From: Lysobacterales bacterium
Lineage (GTDB): Bacteria > Pseudomonadota > Gammaproteobacteria > Xanthomonadales > SZUA-5
Reading direction: 5' to 3'
DNA: 64,000 nt
Assembly: GCA_022844165.1 (NCBI GenBank)
Contig: JALHMH010000009.1
Coordinates: 1 to 64,000, forward strand
Of the stretch, positions 31,569 through 42,330 are shown one piece after another; position 1 is the first letter of the stretch; every line of letters starts with the position of its first letter. A program made the position numbers and the translations under genes. The notes under the pieces were generated by a model. The model worked only from the letters and a program-made list of their open reading frames with translations, did no database searches and was not told the origin of the DNA.

Positions 31569-33362
31569 ATGAAGCACATTCGCAATTTTTCAATCATCGC
31601 GCACGTCGACCACGGCAAATCGACGCTGGCCGATCGCTTTATTCAGCTTTGCGGCGGCTTGGAAGACCGCGAGATGGAGGAGCAGGTACTGGACTCCAAT
31701 CCCATCGAGCGCGAACGTGGAATCACCATCAAAGCGCAGAGCGTGTCTTTACCCTACCGTGCCGATAACGGTCAGATTTACGAGTTGAACTTTATCGATA
31801 CGCCTGGGCACGTCGACTTCTCCTACGAGGTGTCGCGCAGTCTGGCTGCGTGCGAAGGCGCGCTTCTGGTCGTCGACGCGGCGCAAGGCGTTGAAGCGCA
31901 GTCGGTCGCCAATTGTTACACGGCTGTCGAACAAGGCCTGGAAGTCGTTCCGGTGCTGAATAAGATCGATCTGCCCTCGGCCGAACCCGATCGCGTACGC
32001 CAGGAAATCGAAGACGTGATTGGCATCGACGCCACCGACGCCATCGAGATCAGCGCCAAGACCGGGCTGAACGTGCGCAAAGTGCTCGAAGCGATCATTC
32101 AGCGAATCCCGTCGCCACGAGAGAGCGACGACTCGACGCTCAAAGCCCTGATTATCGACAGCTGGTTCGACAATTATCTGGGCGTCATATCGCTGGTGCG
32201 CGTGATGCAGGGCGAAATCAAAGTCGGCGACAAGATTTTGATGATGAGCACTGGCCGCACGTGGCAAGTAGAGCAAGTGGGCGTGTTTACGCCCAAGCGG
32301 GTCACACGCGACAAGCTCAGCTGCGGACAAGTGGGTTTCGTGTCGGCGGCGATCAAAGAAGTCCACGGCGCGCCGGTGGGCGATACGATCACTTTCGCCA
32401 AAGGCGCGGCCACCGAACCACTACCGGGGTTCCAGAAGATCAAACCGCGGGTGTTTGCGGGCCTGTTTCCGACTGAGGCCGACGACTATTCGGCGCTGCG
32501 CGAGGCGTTGGAAAAACTGAAACTCAACGACTCCGCTCTTCAGTTTGAGCCGGAATCATCCGAGGCGATGGGTTTTGGTTTTCGCTGCGGCTTCCTGGGT
32601 ATGCTGCACATGGAAATCGTGCAAGAACGCCTTGAACGCGAATACGATCTGGATCTGATCACCACCGCGCCTACGGTCATTTATCAGGTGTTGCTGAAGA
32701 ACGACCAGGTCATCGATCTTGACAACCCGGCGAAGATGCCGGTGCCATCGGAAATGGTCGAAATCCGCGAACCGATCATCGTTGCCAACATTCTGGTACC
32801 ACCCGACTATGTCGGTTCGGTGATTAAACTCTGCGAAGAGAAACGTGGCCGACAAAAGTCGATCAACTATCTGGGAACGCAAGTCCAAATCAGCTACGAG
32901 ATGCCGCTGGCCGAAGTCGTGCTGGACTTTTTCGACCGGCTCAAGTCGGCATCGCGCGGCTATGCCTCTTTCGACTACCACCTCGACCGTTTCGAAGCTG
33001 GCCCGTTTGTGCGACTCGATATCTTGATCAACGGCGACCGCGTCGACGCTCTGAGCCTGATCGTGCATCGCAGCCAGGCCGACCGTCGCGGGCGTGACCT
33101 CGCCGAGCGCATGCGGGAACTTATCCCGAGGCAGATGTTCGATGTTGCGATCCAGGCGGCCGTGGGCGCGCAGATCATTGCCCGATCGACCGTCAAAGCG
33201 CTCCGCAAAAACGTGCTGGCCAAGTGTTACGGCGGCGATGTCTCGCGCAAACGCAAGCTCCTGGAAAAGCAGAAGGCTGGCAAGAAGCGCATGAAACAAG
33301 TGGGTCGGGTGGACATTCCGCAGGAAGCGTTCCTGGCGGTCTTACAAGTTGACGACAAGTAG
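31569..33362 (+). CDS. lepA: Elongation factor 4
   Basis: [20 protein letters not shown] and [14 protein letters not shown] motifs. Confidence 0.98.
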   Translation: MKHIRNFSIIAHVDHGKSTLADRFIQLCGGLEDREMEEQVLDSNPIERERGITIKAQSVSLPYRADNGQIYELNFIDTPGHVDFSYEVSRSLAACEGALLVVDAAQGVEAQSVANCYTAVEQGLEVVPVLNKIDLPSAEPDRVRQEIEDVIGIDATDAIEISAKTGLNVRKVLEAIIQRIPSPRESDDSTLKALIIDSWFDNYLGVISLVRVMQGEIKVGDKILMMSTGRTWQVEQVGVFTPKRVTRDKLSCGQVGFVSAAIKEVHGAPVGDTITFAKGAATEPLPGFQKIKPRVFAGLFPTEADDYSALREALEKLKLNDSALQFEPESSEAMGFGFRCGFLGMLHMEIVQERLEREYDLDLITTAPTVIYQVLLKNDQVIDLDNPAKMPVPSEMVEIREPIIVANILVPPDYVGSVIKLCEEKRGRQKSINYLGTQVQISYEMPLAEVVLDFFDRLKSASRGYASFDYHLDRFEAGPFVRLDILINGDRVDALSLIVHRSQADRRGRDLAERMRELIPRQMFDVAIQAAVGAQIIARSTVKALRKNVLAKCYGGDVSRKRKLLEKQKAGKKRMKQVGRVDIPQEAFLAVLQVDDK

Positions 33363-33369
33363 GCGGGCA

Positions 33370-34194
33370 ATGGATTTTGCGCTAATTCTGGTGGTACTGA
33401 CGGGCGTGACGGGTTTCGTGTGGGCCGTCGATTCGCTGTTCTTCAGAGCGAAACGGCTTGCGTTGGTGAACCCGGCGCAGATGGGCGAAGCCGCGCTGGC
33501 CCAGGCGGGCGCTGCACCCGCCGCTCGCGACCCGGTGATTGTGGAGTATTCGAAGTCGTTCTTCCCGGTGATCCTTGCTGTACTGATGATCCGCTCATTC
33601 CTGTTTGAGCCGTTTACCATTCCATCAAGCTCGATGGTGCCAACCTTGTTGATTGGAGATTTTATTCTGGTCAACAAATACGCCTATGGTCTGCGACTGC
33701 CGGTGGCAAACACAAAGATCGTCAGTATCGGCGCGCCTGAGCGCGGCGATGTTGTCGTGTTTCGCCCGCCGCATCAGCCAAACACAAATTTCGTCAAGCG
33801 CCTCGTCGGCATGCCAGGCGATGAAGTCGCCTACTTCGACAACACGCTGTACATCAATGGCGTGGCGATCCAGAACACGCCGGTGGGCCGCTACTTTGGA
33901 GAAGGCAGCAATGATGAATCGACCGGCCAGGAGCTGCGCACGGAAGACCTGCTCGGCGTCGAACACCAGATTTTAATTGCCGGGAATCGGCTCGGCATTC
34001 AGAATTCGTGGAAAGTGCCCGACGGGCACTACTTCATGGTCGGCGATAATCGCGATAATAGCGATGACAGTCGGCGTTGGGGTTTCGTTTCGGAGAAGAG
34101 CCTGGTCGGTCGCGCCGAGTTCATTTGGATGCACTGGGATTGGAAGATCCGGGGTTTCGTTTCCTGGAGTCGTATTGGCACGAGCGTGGAGTGA
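33370..34194 (+). CDS. lepB: Signal peptidase I
   Basis: IPSSSMVPTL, FVKRLVG and GDNRDNSDDSR motifs. Confidence 0.96.
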   Translation: MDFALILVVLTGVTGFVWAVDSLFFRAKRLALVNPAQMGEAALAQAGAAPAARDPVIVEYSKSFFPVILAVLMIRSFLFEPFTIPSSSMVPTLLIGDFILVNKYAYGLRLPVANTKIVSIGAPERGDVVVFRPPHQPNTNFVKRLVGMPGDEVAYFDNTLYINGVAIQNTPVGRYFGEGSNDESTGQELRTEDLLGVEHQILIAGNRLGIQNSWKVPDGHYFMVGDNRDNSDDSRRWGFVSEKSLVGRAEFIWMHWDWKIRGFVSWSRIGTSVE

Positions 34195-34197
34195 GCG

Positions 34198-34572
34198 ATG
34201 AATACTGGGCGCAAGCAGTTGGGCATCACCTTGATGGGATTTTTGATAGTCCTTGCCGTCGGCGGCGTGTTCGCCTTGTTCGCGGCAAAGATCATCCCGA
34301 TGTACACCGAGTTCAGCGCTGTGAAGAAGTCGATGAATACACTGGCGGGACAAGCGGGCGTCGGTAACCTGCCGCCTGACCAGGTCTGGAGCAAGCTCGA
34401 CTTTATTTTCTCGACGGCCTACGTCGATAGCGTCAAGAAGAACAATCTGCAGATCATCAAGAAGGGGAAGCCGAGAATCGTCGTCACGTACGAAGTCCGG
34501 AAACCGCTGTTCTACAATCTCGACCTCGTAGGTCGCTTTTCGCACGAAGAGCCACTTAGAGGCGGGCGCTGA
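34198..34572 (+). CDS. DUF4845-family protein
   Basis: Pilin-like N-terminus KQLGITLMGFLIVL, C-terminal YEVRKPLFYNLD, and conserved position between lepB and rnc. Confidence 0.85.
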   Translation: MNTGRKQLGITLMGFLIVLAVGGVFALFAAKIIPMYTEFSAVKKSMNTLAGQAGVGNLPPDQVWSKLDFIFSTAYVDSVKKNNLQIIKKGKPRIVVTYEVRKPLFYNLDLVGRFSHEEPLRGGR

Positions 34573-34575
34573 CAC

Positions 34576-35259
34576 TTGTTCGTCGCCGCGCCGCGCAATC
34601 CGCTGGCCAGACATGGCGTCGAGCTGGATGGCGCCATTCTCACCCGCGCGCTGACACATCGCAGCGCGGGCCGCGATAACTATGAGCGGCTCGAGTTCCT
34701 GGGCGATGCGCTCGTCAACACCATCATCAGCATTGGTTTGTATCAGCGTTATGCGCGCGCCGCCGAAGGCGACCTGACGCGATTGCGCGCCGCGCTGATC
34801 CGCGAATCCAGTTTGGCGGAAATCGCCCGATCGCTGAATTTGTCCGATTACCTGTTGCTCGGTTCCGGCGAACTCAAGAGTGGCGGCTTTCGTCGCGACT
34901 CAATACTTGCCGACACCCTGGAAGCCTTGGTGGCAGCTGTATTCCTGCATCATGGTTGGGACGAGTGCCGCCGACTGGTCGATGCGTTGTTCGAGAGTGC
35001 TTTTGCCAAGGTCGACCCGGAAGCCGCAAAAGACTCCAAGACGCGACTACAAGAACTGCTGCAAGGTCGCGGGCTCGGCCTGCCCGAGTACCGATTGATC
35101 GACAGTCACGGCAAAGACCACGACAAGACCTTCGTGATGGCCTGCGAAGTGGTGGCGCTGGGTACTGCTGCGCAAGCCACTGGGCGCAGCCGTAAACACG
35201 CCGAACAGGCGGCTGCCGAAGCCGTGCTGACACTACTTGCCAACGGCGCCGGCGCATGA
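34576..35259 (+). CDS. rnc: Ribonuclease III
   Basis: ALTHRS, NYERLEFLGDA and dsRBD KTRLQE motifs. Confidence 0.96.
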   Translation: MFVAAPRNPLARHGVELDGAILTRALTHRSAGRDNYERLEFLGDALVNTIISIGLYQRYARAAEGDLTRLRAALIRESSLAEIARSLNLSDYLLLGSGELKSGGFRRDSILADTLEALVAAVFLHHGWDECRRLVDALFESAFAKVDPEAAKDSKTRLQELLQGRGLGLPEYRLIDSHGKDHDKTFVMACEVVALGTAAQATGRSRKHAEQAAAEAVLTLLANGAGA

Positions 35260-36140
35260 GCTTTGTGGCGGGTCACGCGGCGCTGATCGGCCGTCCCAAT
35301 GTCGGAAAATCAAGCCTGCTGAACGTCTTTGTGGGCGCTCATTTGGGCGCGGTTTCGCCCAAGCCGCACACAACGCGGCAGCTGGTCCTGGGCGTGCGCA
35401 GTTTCCCAGACTCGCAGATTGCGTTCGTCGATACGCCGGGGCTGCAACAACGACGACCGAATGCGGTACACAAGGCGATGGACCGTGCTTTTGACCGCGG
35501 CGTCGGCAGCGTCGACCTGGTAGTGCTGGTCGTCGAAGCCGGGACCTTCAATGCCGGCGATCGCGCGGCGCTGGAGCGCGCGAAGCAAACCGAGCGGCCG
35601 ATTGCGGTGGTGGTCAACAAAGTCGACCTGATCAAAAACAAAGCCGAGTTGCTGCCGTATATCGACAAGCTTAGCCGCGAACACGACTTCGCCGCGATTT
35701 TGTTGGTGAGCGCACGCAAAGAAAGCGGTACCGAGGAGGCAGTCAGGCGCCTTGCAGCCCTGTTGCCGAGGCAGGAAGCACTGTATCCGGCCGATACGCT
35801 GACTGACCGTAGCGAGCGCTTTCTGGCAGCCGAACTGGTGCGAGAGCAACTGATGCGGCAGCTCGGCGACGAAGTGCCATATGCATGCGCGGTCGAGATC
35901 GAAGCCTTCACGATTGAAGGCGCGCTGCGTCGTATTCACGCCATCATCTGGGTCGAACGCGACGGCCAGAAGGCGATCGTCATCGGCGAGGGCGGTCAGC
36001 AATTGAAGTTCATCGGCAGCAAAGCGCGTGAAGCCATGGAACTGTTGTTCGACGGCCGCGTACATCTGGAGTTGTGGGTCAAAGTACGCGCCGATTGGAG
36101 CGACAGCGAGCGAGCGCTGAAACAATTCGGTTTTGAGTGA
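35256..36140 (+). CDS. era: GTPase Era
   Basis: GRPNVGKS, DTPG and NKVD motifs plus KH domain. Confidence 0.96.
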   Translation: MSFVAGHAALIGRPNVGKSSLLNVFVGAHLGAVSPKPHTTRQLVLGVRSFPDSQIAFVDTPGLQQRRPNAVHKAMDRAFDRGVGSVDLVVLVVEAGTFNAGDRAALERAKQTERPIAVVVNKVDLIKNKAELLPYIDKLSREHDFAAILLVSARKESGTEEAVRRLAALLPRQEALYPADTLTDRSERFLAAELVREQLMRQLGDEVPYACAVEIEAFTIEGALRRIHAIIWVERDGQKAIVIGEGGQQLKFIGSKAREAMELLFDGRVHLELWVKVRADWSDSERALKQFGFE

Positions 36141-36143
36141 ACC

Positions 36144-36839
36144 ATGCGCGTGGTTGCGCAAGCGCTTTTTGTACTGCATCGCCGGCCCTACTCAGAGACC
36201 AGCTTCCTGATTGAGGCTTTGACACCCGAGTTCGGTCGCCTTGGCCTCGTGGCGCGTGGTGCGCGCACCGGGCGGCGCGGCCTTTTGGCGCTATTGCAAC
36301 CGTTCCAGCCGTTGCTGGTCGATTTCGTGCATGGCCCCGAGTTGTGCCGGCTGAATGCCGCAGATGCGGCGGCAGCGAGCTATACGATGAGCGGCGAACG
36401 CTCGTTGGCGGGTCTGTACCTCAACGAGCTCCTGGTCAAGTTGCTGCCAAGGGGAGAGGCTGCACCGACACTATTCGCACGCTATGCACGTGCGCTCGAA
36501 GAGCTGTCCTCTTCGCCCGATCTGGCCTGGCAACTGCGGCGATTTGAGCGCGACGCGCTTGCCGAGCTCGGTTGGCTCATTGACCTTCGATCGGATATCG
36601 CCAGAGATCCGATCGACGCCACAGCCCACTATCGCATCGTGCCTGAGCTCGGTCTCGAACGCGACAACCATGGCTGGTCCGGCGCGGCTATCGCGGCGCT
36701 CGCGGACGATGGCTCGACCCCAAGCGCTGCGCAACTGACGCAATTGCGCGGTTTCCTGCGTGAGCTGTTGTTGCCGCATATGCAGGCGCCTATGGTGGCA
36801 TGGGGCATGGTGGCGGCACTCCGCGAGCTGGGTGGTTGA
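36144..36839 (+). CDS. recO: DNA repair protein RecO
   Basis: FVLHRRPYSETS, LQPFQPL and GLYLNELL motifs. Synteny after era. Confidence 0.93.
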   Translation: MRVVAQALFVLHRRPYSETSFLIEALTPEFGRLGLVARGARTGRRGLLALLQPFQPLLVDFVHGPELCRLNAADAAAASYTMSGERSLAGLYLNELLVKLLPRGEAAPTLFARYARALEELSSSPDLAWQLRRFERDALAELGWLIDLRSDIARDPIDATAHYRIVPELGLERDNHGWSGAAIAALADDGSTPSAAQLTQLRGFLRELLLPHMQAPMVAWGMVAALRELGG

Positions 36840-36953
36840 TCCGGTTGCGTGAGGCACGATAAGGGTACTTGTGCGTAGATACGCGCCTCTGTCACTTGGA
36901 ATTTCGCAATTGGCGCCTATTCTCAGTTCCTCGCCGCCAAAAGGATTGCCGTT

Positions 36954-37466
36954 ATGGCCAAAAAGAAGTCTGCACCGATCGATACTTTCGCGACGCGCAT
37001 CGACATTCCGGGCAAAGTGCGCAATGCGTTGATCAACGTGCTGAACCAGCAACTCGCCGACACGCTGGACGTCTACAGCCAAACCAAACAAGCCCATTGG
37101 AATGTCAAAGGCCGCGGGTTTTTTCAATTGCACGAGTTGTTCGACAAATTTGCGGGAGACTTGCTGGAGCACATCGACGAGATCGCAGAACGCATTACCG
37201 CGCTGGGTGGTACCGCGCTCGGGACGATTCGGCACACGGCGCAGGTCAGCCGGGTGGCGGAACTGCCTGACGTGCTCGGTCACTCGCAGCAAGCGATCTC
37301 CTTGCTCGCCGATCGATATGCGGAACTCGCCAAATCGACGCGCGATGCGATCGAAGCGTGCGATGAAATTGACGATGCGGGCAGCGAGGACTTACTCACG
37401 ACCATCTCGCGCGATCTCGACAAGAAACTGTGGTTTCTTGAGGCCCATTTGCAAGACGAGGCTTAG
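36954..37466 (+). CDS. dps: DNA protection during starvation protein
   Basis: KQAHWNVKG, LHELFD, DEIAER and DLDKKLWFLEAH motifs. Confidence 0.94.
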   Translation: MAKKKSAPIDTFATRIDIPGKVRNALINVLNQQLADTLDVYSQTKQAHWNVKGRGFFQLHELFDKFAGDLLEHIDEIAERITALGGTALGTIRHTAQVSRVAELPDVLGHSQQAISLLADRYAELAKSTRDAIEACDEIDDAGSEDLLTTISRDLDKKLWFLEAHLQDEA

Positions 37467-37481
37467 CCGCACGGCCCGTCG

Positions 37482-38594
37482 ATGATCGATTCTTCGTCCA
37501 ATTTCGAGAGCTCCGATTCGGGACCGCATTGGTACGGCGTGATCGCCGTGGAGCGGCAAGCGGCGACCGCCATGGAGCTGCAATTGTCCCGGCAGGCCGC
37601 CGACACATTGGTGACTGGACTCATGGCACAGGTGGCTCGACACGTCCCCGACGGGCTGGGTCTGGCCTGGAGTGCGGCACTATATGACCCGGCGCAGTTG
37701 CTAAGGCGCGGTTTCCCGGTGCACCGCGAGGTACTCGACCTCGCTCGTGCCGGGCGCGCACAGGGAGTTGCCCCGGGGCAAGCATTGACGGTCATTGCCG
37801 GCCCATCTGGTATGCCAACAGCACTCTTACAACCCGATCCAAAACTGGGCGCAGGTACGCTCCTGGTGATCCCCTGGGTCCTCTGGGGCGACGCCGCCGC
37901 CGTCGCAGCCGCCACGCAACGCCTTGAATCTGAGTTGTTTGAACAGGGTCTTGCCGATCCGGCTATCGTGCTGGCACTCGCCGAGCTTGGCGAAACCTTC
38001 GAGCATGCGCGTCTGATGTCGATTGCCGATCTGATGGCGATGATGGCCGCTCAACTCGATCAAGTCGGTTTGGCTGCCGCCTGGCAAATCCTCGAAGAGA
38101 GCCTGCTGGCACCTACGCCGAGGGAGTTCGACGTGCAATCGCGGCTGGGACAAGCCTGGCGGCTGACACCCGAACACGCAATCCTGAGCTTCGAACCGAT
38201 CTCGGCTTACGCCAATCGCGTGCCGGTAGACCACATCGAACTGATGCTCGGCGACTATCTCGAACGCGTGCACGAATTCCGTCAAACGCAGGCGCTATTG
38301 TTGGCACACGGGCTGGACGTTACGATCAATCCCGCGCCCGAAGGCGGGCTGATCGTCGACTACAAGTCCAATGGTCTGGCGCGATCTGCTGTACTGCACG
38401 AGCATCCCGGGCTGGGCGCACTGGCATTCACGTTGATCGATGATCGTCGTCACGTGCTGGCGCACTATTACCCGGTCGCTCCGGGGGCGATCGGCGACTT
38501 CCTGGCCAGTATGCGCGAGCGCGGCTTGGAACTGGTGAGGCCGGGGCGAGTCATGCTTGCCATAGACGGCACAGATCTTTGCGCCGACGCATAG
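37482..38594 (+). CDS. Conserved hypothetical protein
   Basis: Long ORF with genome-like codon usage in line with dps. No motif recognised. Confidence 0.75.
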   Translation: MIDSSSNFESSDSGPHWYGVIAVERQAATAMELQLSRQAADTLVTGLMAQVARHVPDGLGLAWSAALYDPAQLLRRGFPVHREVLDLARAGRAQGVAPGQALTVIAGPSGMPTALLQPDPKLGAGTLLVIPWVLWGDAAAVAAATQRLESELFEQGLADPAIVLALAELGETFEHARLMSIADLMAMMAAQLDQVGLAAAWQILEESLLAPTPREFDVQSRLGQAWRLTPEHAILSFEPISAYANRVPVDHIELMLGDYLERVHEFRQTQALLLAHGLDVTINPAPEGGLIVDYKSNGLARSAVLHEHPGLGALAFTLIDDRRHVLAHYYPVAPGAIGDFLASMRERGLELVRPGRVMLAIDGTDLCADA

Positions 38595-38629
38595 TGCTGC
38601 TGCGCTACGGCCATATGCCAAATCGCCAG

Positions 38630-38659
38630 TTGACAACTCAAGCAACCTTGGTCGACACT
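38630..38659 (+). promoter_or_regulatory. Putative sigma70 promoter of the leu operon
   Basis: Perfect TTGACA with GACACT 18 nt downstream, ahead of the leader ORF. Confidence 0.5.
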
Positions 38660-38685
38660 GCACGCATCCTCTGACGCACCGCACC

Positions 38686-38760
38686 ATGACGACTTCGATG
38701 CTCCTCGCGCTTCGACTTCTATCGCCCAATCGCGAGGTGTGTGGCTGCTGGTCGAGCTAA
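38686..38760 (+). CDS. leuL: Leucine attenuator leader peptide
   Basis: MTTSMLLALRLLSPNREVCGCWSS*, with five Leu codons (CTC CTC CTT CTT CTA) in seven positions, upstream of the terminator and leuA. Confidence 0.75.
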   Translation: MTTSMLLALRLLSPNREVCGCWSS

Positions 38761-38789
38761 TCGAACGGCGAAGAGGAAGCAAGAATCTC

Positions 38790-38830
38790 AAAGCCCCGCA
38801 TCTCGGTCTCCGAGGCGGGGCTTTTCTTTT
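38790..38830 (+). terminator. Attenuator (intrinsic terminator)
   Basis: AAAGCCCCGC...GCGGGGCTTTT-CTTTT hairpin with U-tract just before leuA. Confidence 0.85.
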
Positions 38831-38856
38831 GGCAATCACGGCACTGGACTTCAGCA

Positions 38857-40407
38857 ATGGCAAGCGACAACCGAGTGTATGTGTTCGATACCTCCCTGCG
38901 CGACGGCGAGCAGGCACCAGGGTTCTCGATGGACCCACGCGGCAAACGGCGGCTGGCGCATCAACTTGCCGAACTGGGTGTCGACGTGATCGAAGCCGGA
39001 TTTCCGTCGGCCAGCCCAGATGATTTTCAAGCGGTTTTTGGTATCGCCACGGAAGTCCGCGGCGCATCGATCGCGGGCCTGGCGCGTGCAACAAAAGGCG
39101 ATATCGAGGCCTGCGCGCGTGCGGTCGAAAAAGCCGAACGCCCACGCATCCACACATTCATTTCGACCAGCCCATTGCATCGATTGCATAAGCTCAACAT
39201 GGACAAAGGACAAGTGCTCGCAGCGGCCGTTGCCGCCGTCGAACTGGCGCGCCGCTATGTCGATGATGTCGAGTTCTCCGCCGAAGACGCGATTCGCACT
39301 GAGCCCGAGTATCTGGTCGAGATTTTCTCCGCCGCGATCGCTGCTGGCGCGCGAACGCTGAATGTGCCGGATACCGTGGGCTACAGCACGCCAGACGAGG
39401 TTCGCGAACTCTTCGCGCGTTTGAAACGCGAAGTGCGTGGCGCCGAAAACGTGATTTTTTCTTGCCATTGCCACAACGATCTGGGTCTGGCGGTGGCCAA
39501 CTCTCTGGCGGCGCTGGAGGGTGGCGCCCGGCAGGTCGAATGCACGGTCAATGGCATCGGTGAGCGCGCCGGCAATGCCGCACTGGAAGAGCTGGTGATG
39601 GCGCTGCGCACACGATACGAACGTTATGGCCTGGTCACGGGCATCGATACGACGAAGATCTACCCAACCTCGCGCCTGCTGCAGAACATTACCGGGCAAC
39701 AAGTGCAGCGCAACAAGGCGATCGTCGGCGACAACGCGTTTGCGCACGAATCCGGCATTCACCAGCACGGCATGCTCAAACATCGCCAAACCTACGAGAT
39801 CATGAATCCCGAAGACGTCGGCTTGAGCAAAAGCGAGTTGGTACTCGGCAAACACTCGGGCCGCCACGCGCTGAAAGATCGGCTGACGCGCATGGGCTAT
39901 CGCCTGGAAGACGCAGAAACCGACAGAGTGTTCACGGCGTTCAAGGCGCTGGCCGACAAGAAAAAGGAAATCTACGACGCCGACCTCGAGGCCATCGTTC
40001 TTGGCATCACCGGCGGTGTCACGTCGAGCTACATTTTGAAGAGCCTGTCGATCCAAAGCGCCACCGGCGAAACGCGCATGCCGACGGCGAGCGTACGCCT
40101 GGCCACACCCGATGGCCGCGAAGTCTGTGAAGCGGCCGTCGGCGATGGGCCGGTTGACGCTCTGTTCCGCGCGCTGTCGCGGGCGATCGGCGCCGAGATC
40201 ACGCTAAAGAGCTTCCACATCCGCAGCATTTCGTTCGGCAGCGACGCACAAGGTCAAGCCACCGTAGAAGCCGAATGGAACGGCCAGGAACACGTTGGCC
40301 GCGGCACCTCGACCGACATCCTCGAGGCCAGTGCGTTGGCCTATCTGGATGTGGCCAATCGCCTGCTCAAAGTGCGGGCGCGCGAAGCACTGGCGGCAGC
40401 GGCCTGA
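38857..40407 (+). CDS. leuA: 2-isopropylmalate synthase
   Basis: [25 protein letters not shown] and HESGIHQ motifs, plus regulatory domain GDGPVDA. Confidence 0.96.
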   Translation: MASDNRVYVFDTSLRDGEQAPGFSMDPRGKRRLAHQLAELGVDVIEAGFPSASPDDFQAVFGIATEVRGASIAGLARATKGDIEACARAVEKAERPRIHTFISTSPLHRLHKLNMDKGQVLAAAVAAVELARRYVDDVEFSAEDAIRTEPEYLVEIFSAAIAAGARTLNVPDTVGYSTPDEVRELFARLKREVRGAENVIFSCHCHNDLGLAVANSLAALEGGARQVECTVNGIGERAGNAALEELVMALRTRYERYGLVTGIDTTKIYPTSRLLQNITGQQVQRNKAIVGDNAFAHESGIHQHGMLKHRQTYEIMNPEDVGLSKSELVLGKHSGRHALKDRLTRMGYRLEDAETDRVFTAFKALADKKKEIYDADLEAIVLGITGGVTSSYILKSLSIQSATGETRMPTASVRLATPDGREVCEAAVGDGPVDALFRALSRAIGAEITLKSFHIRSISFGSDAQGQATVEAEWNGQEHVGRGTSTDILEASALAYLDVANRLLKVRAREALAAAA

Positions 40408-40575
40408 ACCTTTCGCGTCGCGTCGCATGGCGGCATATGCAGACACGAAGGGAACCAGAAAAGCCGTGCGCCGCCCACAACGCCTTCGGCTTTTCGTGGA
40501 CTCGCACTTACGTGCGAATCCAGGGAACATAGGTCCCTCGTCAACTGATCGATAGAAGTGCGATTCACGGCAGAC

Positions 40576-41982
40576 ATGAACATGAAGACGCTATTCGACA
40601 AAGTCTGGCAACAACACGTTGTAGTGCCGGAAACGCAGGAAGCGCCCGCCGTGTTGTACATCGACTTGCATCTTGTCCATGAAGTCACCAGCCCCCAGGC
40701 ATTCGCCGAACTGGCCACGCGAGGCTTGAAAGTCCGATGCCCGGACCGAACCCTGGCGACACTCGATCACTCGACGCCGACGCTGCCGGCAATCGACGGC
40801 GAATTGCCTTATGTCACCGACGAGGCCAGACATCAGGTAGCGACCTTGCGCGCAAACGCCGCTACGTTCGGCATTGAGCTGCTGGATTTCGGTTCCGGCC
40901 AGCGCGGCATCGTGCACGTGGTCGGGCCCGAACAAGGCGCCACACAGCCCGGCATGACCATCGTCTGCGGCGATAGTCACACCTCGACACACGGCGCCTT
41001 TGGCGCAATTGCATTCGGTATCGGCACCAGCGAAGTCGGTTATGTACTTGCGAGCCAGTGTCTGCTGCAGCGCAAGCCGAAAACGATGGCGATCAATGTC
41101 GAAGGTACACTGCGCGCTGACGTCTGCGCCAAAGACGTGATCCTGCACATCATTCGCACGATCGGCGTCGAAGGTGGTACCGGTTATGCGATTGAATATC
41201 GTGGCAGTGCGATCCGCGGTCTCGATATGGACGGCCGCATGACGCTGTGCAATATGTCGATCGAGGCCGGTGCACGCTGCGGGATGGTGGCGCCCGATGA
41301 GGTCACGTTTGCGTATTTGAAAGATCGCCCGCGTGCCCCTAAGGGCGACGCCTGGGAGGCCGCGGTGGCGCGCTGGCGCGATCTGGCGAGCGATGCCGAT
41401 GCGCAGTTTGATCGCCAGGTTCACATCAACGCAGCTGAGATCGCGCCAACGGTGACCTGGGGCACGCACCCAGGCATGGGATTGAGTCTGAGCGAGTCGG
41501 TACCGAACGCTGATGATGCGCAACTGGCGAAAGCGCGGCGTTACATGGGCTGGGAAACTGGCGAAGCGCTCACCGGTCGGGCGGTCGATGTTGTGTTCAT
41601 CGGCAGCTGCACCAATGGCCGCTTGAGCGATCTTCGCGCAGCAGCCGATCAACTGCGGGGCCGGCACGTTCACCCGCGGGTTCGCATGTTGGTCGTACCC
41701 GGATCCGATCAGGTCAAACGCGACGCCGAAGCCGAAGGCCTGCACGACGTGTTTCGTGCTGCGGGTGCCGAGTGGCGCGAGCCCGGCTGTTCGATGTGCA
41801 TCGCGATGAACGGCGATATCGTCGAGCCAGGGCAGATCGCCGTGAGCACCAGCAATCGCAACTTCGAGGGACGCCAGGGCAAGGGCTCGCGCACGATACT
41901 CGCCAGTCCGGCGGTGGCTGCTGCGAGTGCGGTGGTCGGGGCGCTGGCAGTTCCTGCATCACCTCGACCAGAAAGACACTAG
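40576..41982 (+). CDS. leuC: 3-isopropylmalate dehydratase large subunit
   Basis: [34 protein letters not shown] and [12 protein letters not shown] motifs. Confidence 0.97.
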   Translation: MNMKTLFDKVWQQHVVVPETQEAPAVLYIDLHLVHEVTSPQAFAELATRGLKVRCPDRTLATLDHSTPTLPAIDGELPYVTDEARHQVATLRANAATFGIELLDFGSGQRGIVHVVGPEQGATQPGMTIVCGDSHTSTHGAFGAIAFGIGTSEVGYVLASQCLLQRKPKTMAINVEGTLRADVCAKDVILHIIRTIGVEGGTGYAIEYRGSAIRGLDMDGRMTLCNMSIEAGARCGMVAPDEVTFAYLKDRPRAPKGDAWEAAVARWRDLASDADAQFDRQVHINAAEIAPTVTWGTHPGMGLSLSESVPNADDAQLAKARRYMGWETGEALTGRAVDVVFIGSCTNGRLSDLRAAADQLRGRHVHPRVRMLVVPGSDQVKRDAEAEGLHDVFRAAGAEWREPGCSMCIAMNGDIVEPGQIAVSTSNRNFEGRQGKGSRTILASPAVAAASAVVGALAVPASPRPERH

Positions 41983-42318
41983 CGAGGCTTCGCCTCAGAC
42001 CGCCGAGCATTGTTGGCTTCGTCCGACAGCGTACTCGCCACAACCCCGCGCTTCGCGCGCCCCCTTGACTCAAGGGGGCTGCAAAAGCCAAAGCCGCTCC
42101 TAAGAAAATTTGACTCAAATGACAAGATCCAGCTCAGTCAAGGACTCTAGCGAGGCTTCGCCTCAGACCGCCGAGCATTGTTGGCTTCGTCCGACAGCGT
42201 ACTCGCCACAACCCCGCGCTTCGCGCGCCCCCTTGACTCAAGGGGGCTGTAAAAGCCAAAGCCGCTCCTAAGAAAATTTGACTCAAATGACAAGATCCAG
42301 CTTCATCATGGACACTAG
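41979..42318. repeat. Tandem duplication of a 168-bp structured unit bounded by CTAG
   Basis: 41979-42134 equals 42147-42302 except for one base. CTAG at 41979, 42147 and 42315. Internal hairpin GCCCCCTTGACTCAAGGGGGC. Confidence 0.92.
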
Positions 42319-42330
42319 TGACGATACGAA

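Noticed and set aside
41979-42318. Possible CRISPR array or small CDS in the leuC-leuD repeat
   Set aside because: The 156-bp repeat with 12-bp linkers does not fit CRISPR geometry. The ORFs across it lack RBS and homology cues.
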